The position numbers and the translations under genes were made by a program. A stretch of DNA of 51,304 nucleotides, the filler included, from Catajapyx aquilonaris (lineage: Eukaryota), in assembly GCA_000934665.2 (NCBI GenBank). It is 3 parts of 3 records of this genome, joined end to end, with 100 filler letters (N's around TTAATTAATTAA, not from the genome) between each part and the next. Parts side by side here need not be neighbours in the genome. Positions count along the whole stretch, not along the records: positions 34,290 to 51,304 come from JYFJ02007053.1; 2 more parts are not named here. One strand, written 5' to 3'. Positions 47,871 to 51,304 of this stretch are shown here, in pieces (the first letter of the stretch is position 1; each line of letters begins with the position of its first letter). Under the pieces are notes generated by a model that was not told the origin of the DNA, made no database searches, and saw only the letters and a program-made list of their open reading frames with translations.

Positions 47871-48729
47871 TATCTGCGAGGAAAAACCCAAGCGTACACT
47901 TCGGCAGAGGAAGCCGAAATGAATTGTTGAAAATAATTGTATTTGCGTGTTTCCTGTCTCATAATGCGCCCAATTTATTATCACAAAATTATTGAATCAC
48001 GCAATTTCGTGCCTTGCATAATTATGTCTATTAGGATGTTATGAGCTTATGACAAAGCCACAAGACGAAACATTGTGACGTATTGCAAAGCTTCAATTAT
48101 TTACTATTATTGCAATATCTCAGGTGGTACAGCATAGTATGCTTTCATCAATTAAATATGTGACATTCTTTCCTTTAAAATAGGTTCAATGCCTAGCATT
48201 ATTATACAGTCCTATATATAAATAATTATTGATTCTATTTCAGGCAATAAGTATCCTGCTGCTGAGTGCTTCATAATAATTTATACTGTATATTTTATTG
48301 CAAATCGTGGCTTCGTTTGCAAATCGCAGGCTTCAAACACCCAGCTTGAATCACTGCTCACATTTTTTTTACGTCTCTTATTAACACCTCTATTATGACC
48401 ATCGGAAGTAAAAATCCACTCACATAACTTTACCAACATAAAATATATATAAAGGCACCTTGAACTACTAGTACCAGGCAATATAGATATGGTATCATAC
48501 ACGTGTTCAAACAGTGTTGTATCATGTATACCTACAACAGTTCCGTATAACTGTGACCTTTCTTCATAAAAAAACAGAGACGTGAATATTGGCCTAATTT
48601 TTTATTTTGCCGACGTTGTATCTTGTATGCATACTGTAATTGCACAAAGCAAGTCAGCAACTTACATGAGACATTACGTCACAATGATGGCTACCGATAA
48701 GCTTGCAGTTACGAAATTACCACAGTCTG

Positions 48730-49072
48730 ACATTAACTGATTACCACATCTACTTGTGACCCCTTGTCCATCACCATGCAAAATGTCCATCTTCATAGGC
48801 CATACTTTCGTCCCCGGATCTTTGTTTTAATCTGTACACCATCAGACGACCAGATGTTGCAGCCAGATGGAGAGGGGTGACCTGGTCGTGGGTCGGAGGT
48901 CCTGCTTGACCTACTTGTCCAGTAGTCCACATCTTCATCCTGGACCTGAACGCCGCAATCAACATGACTGAAGAATCTGATTACCCAAATTACTTGAACT
49001 CACCTGGAAGAGTGAACGAAGCGACTTTTAGACCACTTGACCGCATGAAAATGACCACAGATTTTGACGCCT
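48730..49072 (-). pseudogene. Ankyrin-repeat gene remnant
   Basis: In shifting frames: CGHFHAVKW, DCGVQVQDEDVDYWT, TPLHLAATSGRLMV, MDKGSQVD. Residual AG/GT-bounded exon at ~49004-49072. Confidence 0.55.
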
Positions 49073-50210
49073 CTGAACAGAACAAGAGGATAAGTATATA
49101 ATAATTACTCACATTTAGTGAAGTGTAATCGTATGATGAAAAAAGTAGGCTATGATGCTTGGTGTTTGTACGGTGCTGTGATTCGAAGAGACGTCTTCTC
49201 TCAGGAGAATTTGCTGCCTCGAGTGTTTGAATTCATAGATAGTTCGTCCGGTATACGTAAGAATAGCTTATCTTATCACCGAGATAATGTGCCTTGTGTC
49301 AACTTCCCACTGTGGCGGTGACATATTGCCCAATAATTGCCCTCTTTTGTTTGCGCAACTTGAAATAGGCTACTTGAGGGAGCTTGGGGTTTTATCTCAG
49401 TTACGTTGCAATGAGGCAAAGTGTGCTCACCTGATGATATTATGCAATCCTCTTCCACCTGATAATAACACCACGTGGTGGATAAAAGTGCGGAATTTCT
49501 CTCAGCAAAAGGCTATTTTCTAGGGCAACATTAGCACAGTTGATTTTAGCAATTTTGGCCTGAATGTGTTCAAGGAAAATTCAATTAGTGGACGTGAAAT
49601 ATAACCACTTTCAGTGGACTCATTCATCAAAAATTTAGTGCTCTGTAATGTGGTGGAAATACGTACAATAAGCATATTTTTCTGATAATTAAATCTTGTG
49701 AGTTGATGTAATTTAACTGAGTATAATGGTCTGCTCATATTTTTTCCNNNNCCCCCCCCCCCCCTCGCTACGCTGATCCTGGTACTACAATAAGCCTGAT
49801 GCACTTTTGCAGCGTCGTTTTGCATTAAATTTTGTCGGCTCATTTTGTCATGTCCGGGCCAAAAGGACACCAGCTGCTGCGGTCTCAAACCACGACCAGT
49901 ACCATCCTACTCCGCGACCTTCCGACTGCGAGACATGTGGTGTGGCTTCCGGAATGTATTCTGGAACCCACACAATGGCTTGCGGCAACACGGCCGTCCT
50001 ACCGTCCGGCTGACATATATGCACAGTATACAGTTTTACTCCCACCACAGATCGCGGTCCTCCCATTATAAATCCCTGTGCGAAGAACGGGTCCCCTGCT
50101 AGTCTTACATTATAAAACAAAGTTTGTATGTCCGGGCTACCTATCCCAATTTCAGACTACTGAGAGTGCTTACATATCCCTCTGATTGTTGAAAAAGTCC
50201 GAAAGCTCCA

Positions 50211-50420
50211 CTTTTTATACTTTTTCTCATCGAAAAAAAGTCTTAGAGAACGGCTTTGTCCGTCTGTCTGTCTGTGGATAGGTATCAGGGCCTAAACCAC
50301 AAGAGATAACGACAAACGGATTTCGGATTCGGATTCAGGGGACCCTAAATAGGTTTAATGGCCAACTTACAGTGACCGGCCACTTCCGGTTTTCCGGGTC
50401 TACTCTAGCCTCCAAGGTCA
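50211..50420 (+). mobile_element. DINE-1/Helentron-associated-like element fragment
   Basis: TTTTATAC start followed by a (GTCY)n microsatellite GTCCGTCTGTCTGTCTG. Confidence 0.45.
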
Positions 50421-51208
50421 ATGATGATTCAGAAATTAACCCCCCCCCCCCCCCAGCCCGACAGGACAACTCGCAGTGGGTCTGAACACGTCAGAAGGTA
50501 CGTCCTACTGGTGAGTATGACGTTTCAACGTAATGTCTACGCAATATGAAACAGGGCGAAATAATTATTATTTCGCCCTTTCCGTGCTCCGAATCCTTAA
50601 ACTGCAGAGCTAATAAGCCGTTATTTAAAAATAAAAAAATTGAGTAGGTATGCCAATTAATTCACATGCAATGCAAATGTAAATGTGAAATAAATACTGA
50701 AATAAAATTGTCTCATTATCATAACTTATTGTGTACGTATGATTGCAGAGTACTTCGGATTGCTGCAAAAACTTGAAAGCTATCTAAATCCAATATTTTT
50801 AGCAGAAAAATTCTGGTGGAGCATATATGCAAATTATTGTATTAATGTTGAATTAACTATATGCTCCGATAATTGAGAACAAATAATTTCATATCACCTA
50901 GGTAGGTCTAACATCGATTGCCTAAATTGCTCAAAAATTATTTACTGGCCATTTTTAAAAAACAATTAAAATGTCCTGTGAATCAATTTATTCACCTCTT
51001 TTCCAAATAATTATTCTGACAAGAAAAGAAATACATTGGGCAACTTATCTCTTAACAATATTAACTCCTCAGTTACCCAAACTTAATAAAATGTAATTTA
51101 AATAGTAGGGAAATTGAATATCCTCTTGCTTCCTGTATTGAATGTTTTTTATTAAGTTATAGTTGAAATAATTTACTCGTGAGATCCTGTACAGTACGTT
51201 TATCCTAC

Positions 51209-51304
51209 ACTAGCAGGATACCCGGCGTTGCTCGGGTTATGAAAGACTTTTCCATAGGAGTGACTCATTGATTTAGTAGTAACCTTTGCAATAATTATGG
51301 CTAT
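51209..51304 (+). mobile_element. Helitron-like element end (similar motif at ~9318)
   Basis: ACTAGCAG..ACCCGGCGTTGC.CGGG, shared with 9318-9345. Confidence 0.4.

Noticed and set aside
34290..51304. Endogenous virus or polydnavirus segment (ankyrin + kinase-mimic content)
   Set aside because: No viral core genes, no long intact ORFs, and the fragments retain intron signals.

Overview
Animal genomic DNA, probably arthropod (spliceosomal introns, tRNA-derived SINEs, many DNA-transposon MITEs). It consists of three ~17-kb pieces (1-17049, 17150-34189, 34290-51304) joined by identical 100-nt N-linkers carrying TTAATTAATTAA, so adjacency across linkers is probably artificial. Piece 1 holds the 5' part of USP7 (minus strand, MATH-domain exons), a CpG-rich promoter region and the 5' two-thirds of SHMT (plus strand). 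Piece 2 holds six 5' coding exons of a PDE2-type phosphodiesterase (GAF-A/GAF-B, minus strand). Its introns contain nested palindromic MITEs, a Transib-like element with RSS-like ends, mariner and Sola-like elements and SINEs. Piece 3 has no intact gene I can recognise. It contains degraded piggyBac, Mutator-like and possibly Sola-like transposases, three PERK/eIF2-alpha-kinase-like pseudogene copies, and ankyrin, possible tyrosine-kinase and possible zinc-finger fragments. I found no prokaryote-type system (CRISPR, rRNA) and cannot establish a new biological system. The best leads are a uORF-gated, possibly non-AUG N-terminal extension of USP7, the RSS-like Transib element, the kinase/TE graveyard, and miRNA-like intronic hairpins. 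All family assignments are by eye from motifs; no searches were run.
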